Shown: positions 29,101 to 40,854 of the stretch, piece after piece | How positions within the stretch are numbered: the first letter of the stretch is position 1 | Layout of the letters: every line of letters begins with the position of its first letter | DNA from: Eledone cirrhosa | Lineage: Eukaryota | Reading direction: 5' to 3' | Assembly: GCA_964016885.1 (NCBI GenBank) | Contig: OZ024740.1 | Location: 25,544,001 to 25,608,000, forward strand | DNA: 64,000 bases | The notes under the pieces: generated by a model | What the model was told of the DNA's origin: nothing | What the model saw: only the letters and a program-made list of their open reading frames with translations | Database searches by the model: none | Translations under genes and position numbers: made by a program

Positions 29101-32042
29101 CTTCTCTTGTAGTTGTAGTTACTTCTATTGTAGTTGTAGTTACTACTATTGTAGTTGTAGTTACTTCTATTGTAGTTGTAGTTTGTTCTATTGTAGTTGT
29201 AGTTACTTCTATCGTAGGTGTAGTTACTTCTATTGTAGTTGTAGTTACTTCTATTGTAGTTGTAGATACTTATCTTGTAGTTGTAGTTACTTCTATTGTA
29301 CTTGTAGATACTTCTATTGTAGTTGTAGATATTTCTGTTGTAGTTACTTCTATTGTAGGTGTAGTTACTTCAATTGTAGTTGTAGTTACTTCTATTGTAG
29401 TTGTAGTTACTTCTCTTGTAGTTGTAGTTACTTCTATTGTACTTGTAGATACTTCTATTGTAGTTGTAGATATTTCTGTTGTAGTTACTTCTATTGTAGG
29501 TGTAGTTACTTCAATTGTAGTTGTAGTTACTTCTATTGTAGTTGTAGTTACTTCTATTGTAGTTGTAGTTACTTTATTGTAGTTGTAGTTACTTCTATTG
29601 TAGTTGAAGTTACTTTATTGTAGTTGTAGTTACTTCTATTGTAGTTGTAGATACTTCTATTGTAGTTGTAGTTACTTCTATTGTAGTTGTAGTTACTTCT
29701 ATTGTAGTTGTAGATACTTCTATTGTAGTTGTAGTTACTTCTATTGTAGTTGTAGTTACTTTATTGTAGTTGTAGTTACTTCTATTGTAGTTGTAGTTAC
29801 TTCTATTGTAGTTGTAGATACTTCTATTGTAGTTGTAGTTACTTTATTGTAGTTGTAGTTACTTCTATTGTAGTTGTAGATACATCTATTGTAGTTTTAG
29901 TTACTTCTATTGTAGTTGTAGTTACTTCTATTGTAGTTGTAGTTACTTTATTGTAGTTGTAGTTACTTCTATTGTAGTTGTAGATACTTCTATTGTAGAT
30001 GTAGATACTTCTATTGTAGTTGTAGTTACTTCTATTGTAGTTGTAGTTACTTCTATTGTAGTTGTAGTTACTTCTATTGTAGTTGTAGTTACTTCTATTG
30101 TAGTTGTAGTTACTTCTATTGTAGTTGTAGTTACTTCTATTGTAGTTGTAGTTACTTCTATTGTAGTTGTAGTTACTTCTATTGTAGATGTAGATACTTC
30201 TATTGTAGTTGTAGTTACTTCTATTGTAGTTGTAGTTACTTCTATTGAATTTGTAGTTACTTTTATTGTAGTTGTAGTTACTTCTATTGTAGTTGTAGTT
30301 ATTTCTATTGTAGTTGTAGTTACTTCTATTGTAGTTGTAGTTACTTCTATTGTAGTTGTAGTTACTTCTATTGTAGTTGTAGTTATTTCTATTGTAGTTG
30401 TAGTTACTTCTATTGTAGTTGTAGTTACTTCTATTGTAGTTGTTGTTACTTCTATTGTAGTTGTAGTTATTTCTATTGTAGTTGTAGTTACTTCTATTGT
30501 AGTTGTAGTTACTTCTATTGTAGTTGTAGTTACTTCTATTGTAGTTGTAGTTACTTCTATTGTAGTTGTAGTTACTTCTATTGTAGTTGTAGTTATTTCT
30601 ATTGTAGTTGTAGTTACTTCTATTGTAGTTGTAGTTACTTCTATTGTAGTTGTAGTTACTTCTATTGTAGTTGTAGTTACTTCTATTGTAGTTGTAGTTA
30701 CTTCTATTGTAGTTGTAGTTACTTCTATTGTAGTTGTAGTTACTTCTATTGTAGTTGTAGTTACTTCTATTGTAGTTGTAGTTATTTCTATTGTAGTTGT
30801 AGTTACTTCTATTGTAGTTGTAGTTACTTCTATTGTAGTTGTAGTTACTTCTATTGTAGTTGTAGTTACTTCTATTGTAGTTGTAGTTACTTCTCTTGTA
30901 GTTGTAGTTACTTCTATTGTACTTGTAGATACTTCTATTGTAGATGTAGATATTTCTGTTGTAGTTACTTCTATTGTAGGTGTAGTTACTTCAATTGTAG
31001 TTGTAGTTACTTCTATTGTAGTTGTAGTTACTTCTATTGTAGTTGTAGTTACTTCTATTGTAGTTGTAGATACTTCTATTGTAGTTGTAGTTACTCCTAT
31101 TGTAGTTGTAGATACTTCTATTGTAGTTGTAGATACTTCTATTGTAGTTGTAGTTACTTCTATTGTAGTTGTAGTTACTTATATTGTAGTTGTAGTTACT
31201 CTATTGTAGTTGTAGTTACTTCTATTGTAGTTGTAGTTACTTTATTGTAGTTGTAGTTACTTCTCTTTTAGTTGTAGATACTTCTGTTGTAGATACATCT
31301 ATTGTAGTTGTAGGTACTTCTATTGTAGTTGTAGTTACTTCTATTGTAGTTGTAGTTACTTATATTGTAGTTGTAGTTACTTCTATTGTAGCTGTAGTTA
31401 CTTCTATTGTAGTTGTAGTTATTTCTATTGTAGTTGTAGTTACTTTATTGTAGTTGTAGTTACTTCTCTTGTAGTTGTAGTTACTTCTATTGTAGTTGTA
31501 GTTACTACTATTGTAGTTGTAGTTACTTCTATTGTAGTTGTAGTTTGTTCTATTGTAGTTGTAGTTACTTCTATCGTAGGTGTAGTTACTTCTATTGTAG
31601 TTGTAGTTACTTCTATTGTAGTTGTAGATACTTATCTTGTAGTTGTAGTTACTTCTATTGTACTTGTAGATACTTCTATTGTAGTTGTAGATATTTCTGT
31701 TGTAGTTACTTCTATTGTAGTTGTAGTTACTTCTATTGTAGTTGTAGTTATTTCTATTGTAGTTGTAGTTACTTCTATTGTAGTTGTAGTTACTTCTATT
31801 GTAGTTGTAGTTACTTCTATTGTAGTTGTAGTTACTTCTATTGTAGTTGTAGTTACTTCTATTGTAGTTGTAGTTACTTCTATTGTAGTTGTAGTTACTT
31901 CTATTGTAGTTGTAGTTACTTCTATTGTAGTTGTAGTTATTTCTATTGTAGTTGTAGTTACTTCTATTGTAGTTGTAGTTACTTCTATTGTAGTTGTAGT
32001 TACTTCTATTGTAGTTGTAGTTACTTCTATTGTAGTTGTAGT
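17150..32042. repeat. Near-perfect duplication of ~7.1 kb at offset 7757 (~17150-24285 and ~24907-32042), itself built from three ~2.4-kb units
   Basis: Six ORF pairs differ by exactly 7757 (17293/25050, 19012/26769, 19707/27464, 21426/29183, 21847/29604, 23788/31545). GAATTT markers are at 17714/25471, 20128/27885 and 22490/30247. Confidence 0.93.
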
Positions 32043-35000
32043 TATTTCTATTGTAGTTGTAGTTACTTTATTGTAGTTGTAGTTACTTCTCTTGTAGTTG
32101 TAGTTACTTCTATTGTAGTTGTAGTTACTACTATTGTAGTTGTAGTTACTTCTATTGTAGTTGTAGTTTGTTCTATTGTAGTTGTAGTTACTTCTATCGT
32201 AGGTGTAGTTACTTCTATTGTAGTTGTAGTTACTTCTATTGTAGTTGTAGATACTTATCTTGTAGTTGTAGTTACTTCTATTGTACTTGTAGATACTTCT
32301 ATTGTAGTTGTAGATATTTCTGTTGTAGTTACTTCTATTGTAGTTGTAGTTACTTCTATTGTAGTTGTAGTTACTTTATTGTAGTTGTAGTTACTTCTAT
32401 TGTAGTTGTAGATACTTCTATTGTAGATGTAGATACTTCTATTGTAGTTGTAGTTACTTCTATTGTAGTTGTAGTTACTTCTATTGTAGTTGTAGTTACT
32501 TCTATTGTAGTTGTAGTTACTTCTATTGTAGTTGTAGTTACTTCTATTGTAGTTGTAGTTACTTCTATTGTAGTTGTAGTTACTTCTATTGTAGTTGTAG
32601 TTACTTCTATTGTAGATGTAGATACTTCTATTGTAGTTGTAGTTACTTCTATTGTAGTTGTAGTTACTTCTATTGAATTTGTAGTTACTTTTATTGTAGT
32701 TGTAGTTACTTCTATTGTAGTTGTAGTTATTTCTATTGTAGTTGTAGTTACTTCTATTGTAGTTGTAGTTACTTCTATTGTAGTTGTAGTTACTTCTATT
32801 GTAGTTGTAGTTATTTCTATTGTAGTTGTAGTTACTTCTATTGTAGTTGTAGTTACTTCTATTGTAGTTGTTGTTACTTCTATTGTAGTTGTAGTTATTT
32901 CTATTGTAGTTGTAGTTACTTCTATTGTAGTTGTAGTTACTTCTATTGTAGTTGTAGTTACTTCTATTGTAGTTGTAGTTACTTCTATTGTAGTTGTAGT
33001 TACTTCTATTGTAGTTGTAGTTATTTCTATTGTAGTTGTAGTTACTTCTATTGTAGTTGTAGTTACTTCTATTGTAGTTGTAGTTACTTCTATTGTAGTT
33101 GTAGTTACTTCTATTGTAGTTGTAGTTACTTCTATTGTAGTTGTAGTTACTTCTATTGTAGTTGTAGTTACTTCTATTGTAGTTGTAGTTACTTCTATTG
33201 TAGTTGTAGTTATTTCTATTGTAGTTGTAGTTACTTCTATTGTAGTTGTAGTTACTTCTATTGTAGTTGTAGTTACTTCTATTGTAGTTGTAGTTACTTC
33301 TATTGTAGTTGTAGTTACTTCTCTTGTAGTTGTAGTTACTTCTATTGTACTTGTAGATACTTCTATTGTAGATGTAGATATTTCTGTTGTAGTTACTTCT
33401 ATTGTAGGTGTAGTTACTTCAATTGTAGTTGTAGTTACTTCTATTGTAGTTGTAGTTACTTCTATTGTAGTTGTAGTTACTTCTATTGTAGTTGTAGATA
33501 CTTCTATTGTAGTTGTAGTTACTCCTATTGTAGTTGTAGATACTTCTATTGTAGTTGTAGATACTTCTATTGTAGTTGTAGTTACTTCTATTGTAGTTGT
33601 AGTTACTTATATTGTAGTTGTAGTTACTCTATTGTAGTTGTAGTTACTTCTATTGTAGTTGTAGTTACTTTATTGTAGTTGTAGTTACTTCTCTTTTAGT
33701 TGTAGATACTTCTGTTGTAGATACATCTATTGTAGTTGTAGGTACTTCTATTGTAGTTGTAGTTACTTCTATTGTAGTTGTAGTTACTTATATTGTAGTT
33801 GTAGTTACTTCTATTGTAGCTGTAGTTACTTCTATTGTAGTTGTAGTTATTTCTATTGTAGTTGTAGTTACTTTATTGTAGTTGTAGTTACTTCTCTTGT
33901 AGTTGTAGTTACTTCTATTGTAGTTGTAGTTACTACTATTGTAGTTGTAGTTACTTCTATTGTAGTTGTAGTTTGTTCTATTGTAGTTGTAGTTACTTCT
34001 ATCGTAGGTGTAGTTACTTCTATTGTAGTTGTAGTTACTTCTATTGTAGTTGTAGATACTTATCTTGTAGTTGTAGTTACTTCTATTGTACTTGTAGATA
34101 CTTCTATTGTAGTTGTAGATATTTCTGTTGTAGTTACTTCTATTGTAGGTGTAGTTACTTCAATTGTAGTTGTAGTTACTTCTATTGTAGTTGTAGTTAC
34201 TTCTCTTGTAGTTGTAGTTACTTCTATTGTACTTGTAGATACTTCTATTGTAGTTGTAGATATTTCTGTTGTAGTTACTTCTATTGTAGGTGTAGTTACT
34301 TCAATTGTAGTTGTAGTTACTTCTATTGTAGTTGTAGTTACTTCTATTGTAGTTGTAGTTACTTTATTGTAGTTGTAGTTACTTCTATTGTAGTTGAAGT
34401 TACTTTATTGTAGTTGTAGTTACTTCTATTGTAGTTGTAGATACTTCTATTGTAGTTGTAGTTACTTCTATTGTAGTTGTAGTTACTTCTATTGTAGTTG
34501 TAGATACTTCTATTGTAGTTGTAGTTACTTCTATTGTAGTTGTAGTTACTTTATTGTAGTTGTAGTTACTTCTATTGTAGTTGTAGTTACTTCTATTGTA
34601 GTTGTAGATACTTCTATTGTAGTTGTAGTTACTTTATTGTAGTTGTAGTTACTTCTATTGTAGTTGTAGATACATCTATTGTAGTTTTAGTTACTTCTAT
34701 TGTAGTTGTAGTTACTTCTATTGTAGTTGTAGTTACTTTATTGTAGTTGTAGTTACTTCTATTGTAGTTGTAGATACTTCTATTGTAGATGTAGATACTT
34801 CTATTGTAGTTGTAGTTACTTCTATTGTAGTTGTAGTTACTTCTATTGTAGTTGTAGTTACTTCTATTGTAGTTGTAGTTACTTCTATTGTAGTTGTAGT
34901 TACTTCTATTGTAGTTGTAGTTACTTCTATTGTAGTTGTAGTTACTTCTATTGTAGTTGTAGTTACTTCTATTGTAGTTGTAGTTACTTCTATTGTAGTT

Positions 35001-35749
35001 GTAGTTACTTTATTGTAGTTGTAGTTACTTCTATTGTAGTTGTAGATACTTCTATTGTAGTTGTAGGTACTTCTATTGTAGTTGTAGTTACTTCTATTGT
35101 AGTTGTAGTTACTTCTATTGTAGTTGTAGTTACTTCTATTGTAGTTGTAGTTACTTTATTGTAGTTGTAGTTACTTGTATTGTAGTTGTAGTTACTTCTA
35201 TTGTAGTTGTAGTTACTTCTATTGTAGTTGTAGATACTTCTATTGTAGTTGTAGATACTTCTATTGTAGTTGTAGATACTTCTATTGTAGATGTAGATAC
35301 TTCTATTGTAGTTGTAGTTACTTCTATTGTAGTTGTAGTTACTTCTATTGAATTTGTAGTTACTTTTATTGTAGTTGTAGTTACTTCTATTGTAGTTGTA
35401 GTTATTTCTATTGTAGTTGTAGTTACTTCTATTGTAGTTGTAGTTACTTCTATTGTAGTTGTAGTTACTTCTATTGTAGTTGTAGTTATTTCTATTGTAG
35501 TTGTAGTTACTTCTATTGTAGTTGTAGATATTTCTGTTGTAGTTACTTCTATTGTAGGTGTAGTTACTTCAATTGTAGTTGTAGTTACTTCTATTGTAGT
35601 TGTAGTTACTTCTATTGTAGTTGTAGTTACTTCTATTGTAGTTGTAGATACTTCTATTGTAGTTGTAGTTACTCCTATTGTAGTTGTAGATACTTCTATT
35701 GTAGTTGTAGATACTTCTATTGTAGTTGTAGTTACTTCTATTGTAGTTG

Positions 35750-38700
35750 TAGTTACTTATATTGTAGTTGTAGTTACTCTATTGTAGTTGTAGTTACTTC
35801 TATTGTAGTTGTAGTCACTTTATTGTAGTTGTAGTTACTTCTCTTTTAGTTGTAGATACTTCTGTTGTAGATACATCTATTGTAGTTGTAGGTACTTCTA
35901 TTGTAGTTGTAGTTACTTCTATTGTAGTTGTAGTTACTTATATTGTAGTTGTAGTTACTTCTATTGTAGCTGTAGTTACTTCTATTGTAGTTGTAGTTAT
36001 TTCTATTGTAGTTGTAGTTACTTTATTGTAGTTGTAGTTACTTCTCTTGTAGTTGTAGTTACTTCTATTGTAGTTGTAGTTACTTCTCTTTTAGTTGTAG
36101 ATATTTCTGTTGTAGATACATCTATTGTAGTTGTAGGTACTTCTATTGTAGTTGTAGTTACTTCTATTGTAGTTGTAGTTACTTCTATTGTAGTTGTAGT
36201 TACTTCTATTGTAGCTGTAGTTACTTCTATTGTAGTTGTAGGTACTTCTATTGTAGTTGTAGTTACTTCTATTGTAGTTGTAGTTACTTTATTGTAGTTG
36301 TAGTTACTTGTATTGTAGTTGTAGTTACTTCTATTGTAGTTGTAGTTACTACTATTGTAGTTGTAGTTACTTCTATTGTAGTTGTAGTTTGTTCTATTGC
36401 AGTTGTAGTTACTTCTATCGTAGGTGTAGTTACTTCTATTGTAGTTGTAGTTACTTCTATTGTAGTTGTAGTTACTTCTATTGTAGTTGTAGTTATTTCT
36501 ATTGTAGTTGTAGTTACTTCTATTGTAGTTGTAGTTACTTCTATTGTAGTTGTAGTTACTTCTATTGTAGTTGTAGTTACTTCTCTTGTAGTTGTAGTTA
36601 CTTCTATTGTACTTGTAGATACTTCTATTGTAGTTGTAGATATTTCTGTTGTAGTTACTTCTATTGTAGGTGTAGTTACTTCAATTGTAGTTGTAGTTAC
36701 TTCTATTGTAGTTGTAGTTACTTCTATTGTAGTTGTAGTTACTTCTATTGTAGTTGTAGATACTTCTATTGTAGTTGTAGTTACTCCTATTGTAGTTGTA
36801 GTTACTTATATTGTAGTTGTAGTTACTCTATTGTAGTTGTAGTTACTTCTATTGTAGTTGTAGTTACTTTGTTGTAGTTGTAGTTACTTCTCTTTTAGTT
36901 GTAGATACTTCTGTTGTAGATACATCTATTGTAGTTGTAGGTACTTCTATTGTAGTTGTAGTTACTTCTATTGTAGTTGTAGTTACTTATATTGTAGTTG
37001 TAGTTACTTCTATTGTAGCTGTAGTTACTTCTATTGTAGTTGTAGTTATTTCTATTGTAGTTGTAGTTACTTTATTGTAGTTGTAGTTACTTCTCTTGTA
37101 GTTGTAGTTACTTCTATTGTAGTTGTAGTTACTTCTCTTTTAGTTGTAGATACTTCTGTTGTAGATACATCTATTGTAGTTGTAGGTACTTCTATTGTAG
37201 TTGTAGTTACTTCTATTGTAGTTGTAGTTACTTCTATTGTAGTTGTAGTTACTTCTATTGTAGCTGTAGTTACTTCTATTGTAGTTGTAGGTACTTCTAT
37301 TGTAGTTGTAGTTACTTCTATTGTAGTTGTAGTTACTTTATTGTAGTTGTAGTTACTTGTATTGTAGTTGTAGTTACTTCTATTGTAGTTGTAGTTACTA
37401 CTATTGTAGTTGTAGTTACTTCTATTGTAGTTGTAGTTTGTTCTATTGCAGTTGTAGTTACTTCTATCGTAGGTGTAGTTACTTCTATTGTAGTTGTAGT
37501 TACTTCTATTGTAGTTGTAGTTACTTCTATTGTAGTTGTAGTTATTTCTATTGTAGTTGTAGTTACTTCTATTGTAGTTGTAGTTACTTCTATTGTAGTT
37601 GTAGTTACTTCTATTGTAGTTGTAGTTACTTCTCTTGTAGTTGTAGTTACTTCTATTGTACTTGTAGATACTTCTATTGTAGTTGTAGATATTTCTGTTG
37701 TAGTTACTTCTATTGTAGGTGTAGTTACTTCAATTGTAGTTGTAGTTACTTCTATTGTAGTTGTAGTTACTTCTATTGTAGTTGTAGTTACTTCTATTGT
37801 AGTTGTAGATACTTCTATTGTAGTTGTAGTTACTCCTATTGTAGTTGTAGTTACTTATATTGTAGTTGTAGTTACTCTATTGTAGTTGTAGTTACTTCTA
37901 TTGTAGTTGTAGTTACTTTGTTGTAGTTGTAGTTACTTCTCTTTTAGTTGTAGATACTTCTGTTGTAGATACATCTATTGTAGTTGTAGGTACTTCTATT
38001 GTAGTTGTAGTTACTTCTATTGTAGTTGTAGTTACTTATATTGTAGTTGTAGTTACTTCTATTGTAGCTGTAGTTACTTCTATTGTAGTTGTAGTTATTT
38101 CTATTGTAGTTGTAGTTACTTTATTGTAGTTGTAGTTACTTCTCTTGTAGTTGTAGTTACTTCTATTGTAGTTGTAGTTACTTCTCTTTTAGTTGTAGAT
38201 ACTTCTGTTGTAGATACATCTATTGTAGTTGTAGGTACTTCTATTGTAGTTGTAGTTACTTCTATTGTAGTTGTAGTTACTTCTATTGTAGTTGTAGTTA
38301 CTTCTATTGTAGCTGTAGTTACTTCTATTGTAGTTGTAGGTACTTCTATTGTAGTTGTAGTTACTTCTATTGTAGTTGTAGTTACTTTATTGTAGTTGTA
38401 GTTACTTGTATTGTAGTTGTAGTTACTTCTATTGTAGTTGTAGTTACTACTATTGTAGTTGTAGTTACTTCTATTGTAGTTGTAGTTTGTTCTATTGCAG
38501 TTGTAGTTACTTCTATCGTAGGTGTAGTTACTTCTATTGTAGTTGTAGTTACTTCTATTGTAGTTGTAGTTACTTCTATTGTAGTTGTAGTTATTTCTAT
38601 TGTAGTTGTAGTTACTTCTATTGTAGTTGTAGTTACTTCTATTGTAGTTGTAGTTACTTCTATTGTAGTTGTAGTTACTTCTCTTGTAGTTGTAGTTACT

Positions 38701-39615
38701 TCTATTGTACTTGTAGATACTTCTATTGTAGTTGTAGATATTTCTGTTGTAGTTACTTCTATTGTAGGTGTAGTTACTTCAATTGTAGTTGTAGTTACTT
38801 CTATTGTAGTTGTAGTTACTTCTATTGTAGTTGTAGTTACTTCTATTGTAGTTGTAGATACTTCTATTGTAGTTGTAGTTACTCCTATTGTAGTTGTAGT
38901 TACTTATATTGTAGTTGTAGTTACTCTATTGTAGTTGTAGTTACTTCTATTGTAGTTGTAGTTACTTTGTTGTAGTTGTAGTTACTTCTCTTTTAGTTGT
39001 AGATACTTCTGTTGTAGATACATCTATTGTAGTTGTAGGTACTTCTATTGTAGTTGTAGTTACTTCTATTGTAGTTGTAGTTACTTATATTGTAGTTGTA
39101 GTTACTTCTATTGTAGCTGTAGTTACTTCTATTGTAGTTGTAGTTATTTCTATTGTAGTTGTAGTTACTTTATTGTAGTTGTAGTTACTTCTCTTGTAGT
39201 TGTAGTTACTTCTATTGTAGTTGTAGTTACTTCTCTTTTAGTTGTAGATACTTCTGTTGTAGATACATCTATTGTAGTTGTAGGTACTTCTATTGTAGTT
39301 GTAGTTACTTCTATTGTAGTTGTAGTTACTTCTATTGTAGTTGTAGTTACTTCTATTGTAGCTGTAGTTACTTCTATTGTAGTTGTAGGTACTTCTATTG
39401 TAGTTGTAGTTACTTCTATTGTAGTTGTAGTTACTTTATTGTAGTTGTAGTTACTTGTATTGTAGTTGTAGTTACTTCTATTGTAGTTGTAGTTACTACT
39501 ATTGTAGTTGTAGTTACTTCTATTGTAGTTGTAGTTTGTTCTATTGCAGTTGTAGTTACTTCTATCGTAGGTGTAGTTACTTCTATTGTAGTTGTAGTTA
39601 CTTCTATTGTAGTTG
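35750..39615. repeat. 1049-bp higher-order repeat (51 monomers), ~3.7 tandem copies
   Basis: ORF starts at 36308, 37357, 38406 and 39455. Each unit has three 15-mers and four 20-mers (51x21-22=1049). The ACTTTGTTG variant is near 36870, 37919 and 38968. Confidence 0.93.
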
Positions 39616-40854
39616 TAGATACTTCTCTTGTAGTTGTAGTTACTTCTATTGTACTTGTAGATACTTCTATTGTAGTTGTAGATATTTCTGTTGTAGTTAC
39701 TTCTATTGTAGGTGTAGTTACTTCAATTGTAGTTGTAGTTACTTCTATTGTAGTGGTAGTTACTTCTCTTGTAGTTGTAGTTACTTCTATTGTACTTGTA
39801 GATACTTCTATTGTAGTTGTAGATATTTCTGTTGTAGTTACTTCTATTGTAGGTGTAGTTACTTCAATTGTAGTTGTAGTTACTTCTATTGTAGTTGTAG
39901 TTACTTCTATTGTAGTTGTAGTTACTTTATTGTAGTTGTAGTTACTTCTATTGTAGTTGAAGTTACTTTATTGTAGTTGTAGTTACTTCTATTGTAGTTG
40001 TAGATACTTCTATTGTAGTTGTAGTTACTTCTATTGTAGTTGTAGTTACTTCTATTGTAGTTGTAGATACTTCTATTGTAGTTGTAGTTACCTCTATTGT
40101 AGTTGTAGTTACTTCTATTGTAGTTGTAGTTACTTCTATTGTAGTTGTAGTTACTTCTATTGTAGTTGTAGTTACTTTATTGTAGTTGTAGTTACTTCTA
40201 TTGTAGTTGTAGTTACTTCTATTGTAGTTGTAGTTACTTCTATTGTAGTTGTAGTTACTTTATTGTAGTTGTAGTTACTTCTATTGTAGTTGTAGATACT
40301 TCTATTGTAGTTGTAGGTACTTCTATTGTAGTTGTAGTTACTTCTATTGTAGTTGTAGTTACTTCTATTGTAGTTGTAGTTACTTCTATTGTAGTTGTAG
40401 TTACTTTATTGTAGTTGTAGTTACTTCTATTGTAGTTGTAGTTACTTCTATTGTAGTTGTAGTTACTTCTATTGTAGTTGTAGATACTTCTATTGTAGTT
40501 GTAGATACTTCTATTGTAGTTGTAGTTACTTCTATTGTAGTTGTAGTTACTTCTATTGTAGTTGTAGTTACTTCTATTGTAGTTGTAGTTACTTCTATTG
40601 TAGTTGTTGTTACTTCTATTGTAGTTGTAGTTATTTCTATTGTAGTTGTAGTTACTTCTATTGTAGTTGTAGTTACTTCTATTGTATTTGTAGTTACTTC
40701 TATTGTAGTTGTAGTTACTTCTATTGTAGTTGTAGTTACTTCTATTGTAGCTGTAGTTACTTCTATTGTAGTTGTAGTTATTTCTATTGTAGTTGTAGTT
40801 ACTTCTATTGTAGTTGTAGTTATTTCTATTGTAGTTGTAGTTACTTTATTGTAG

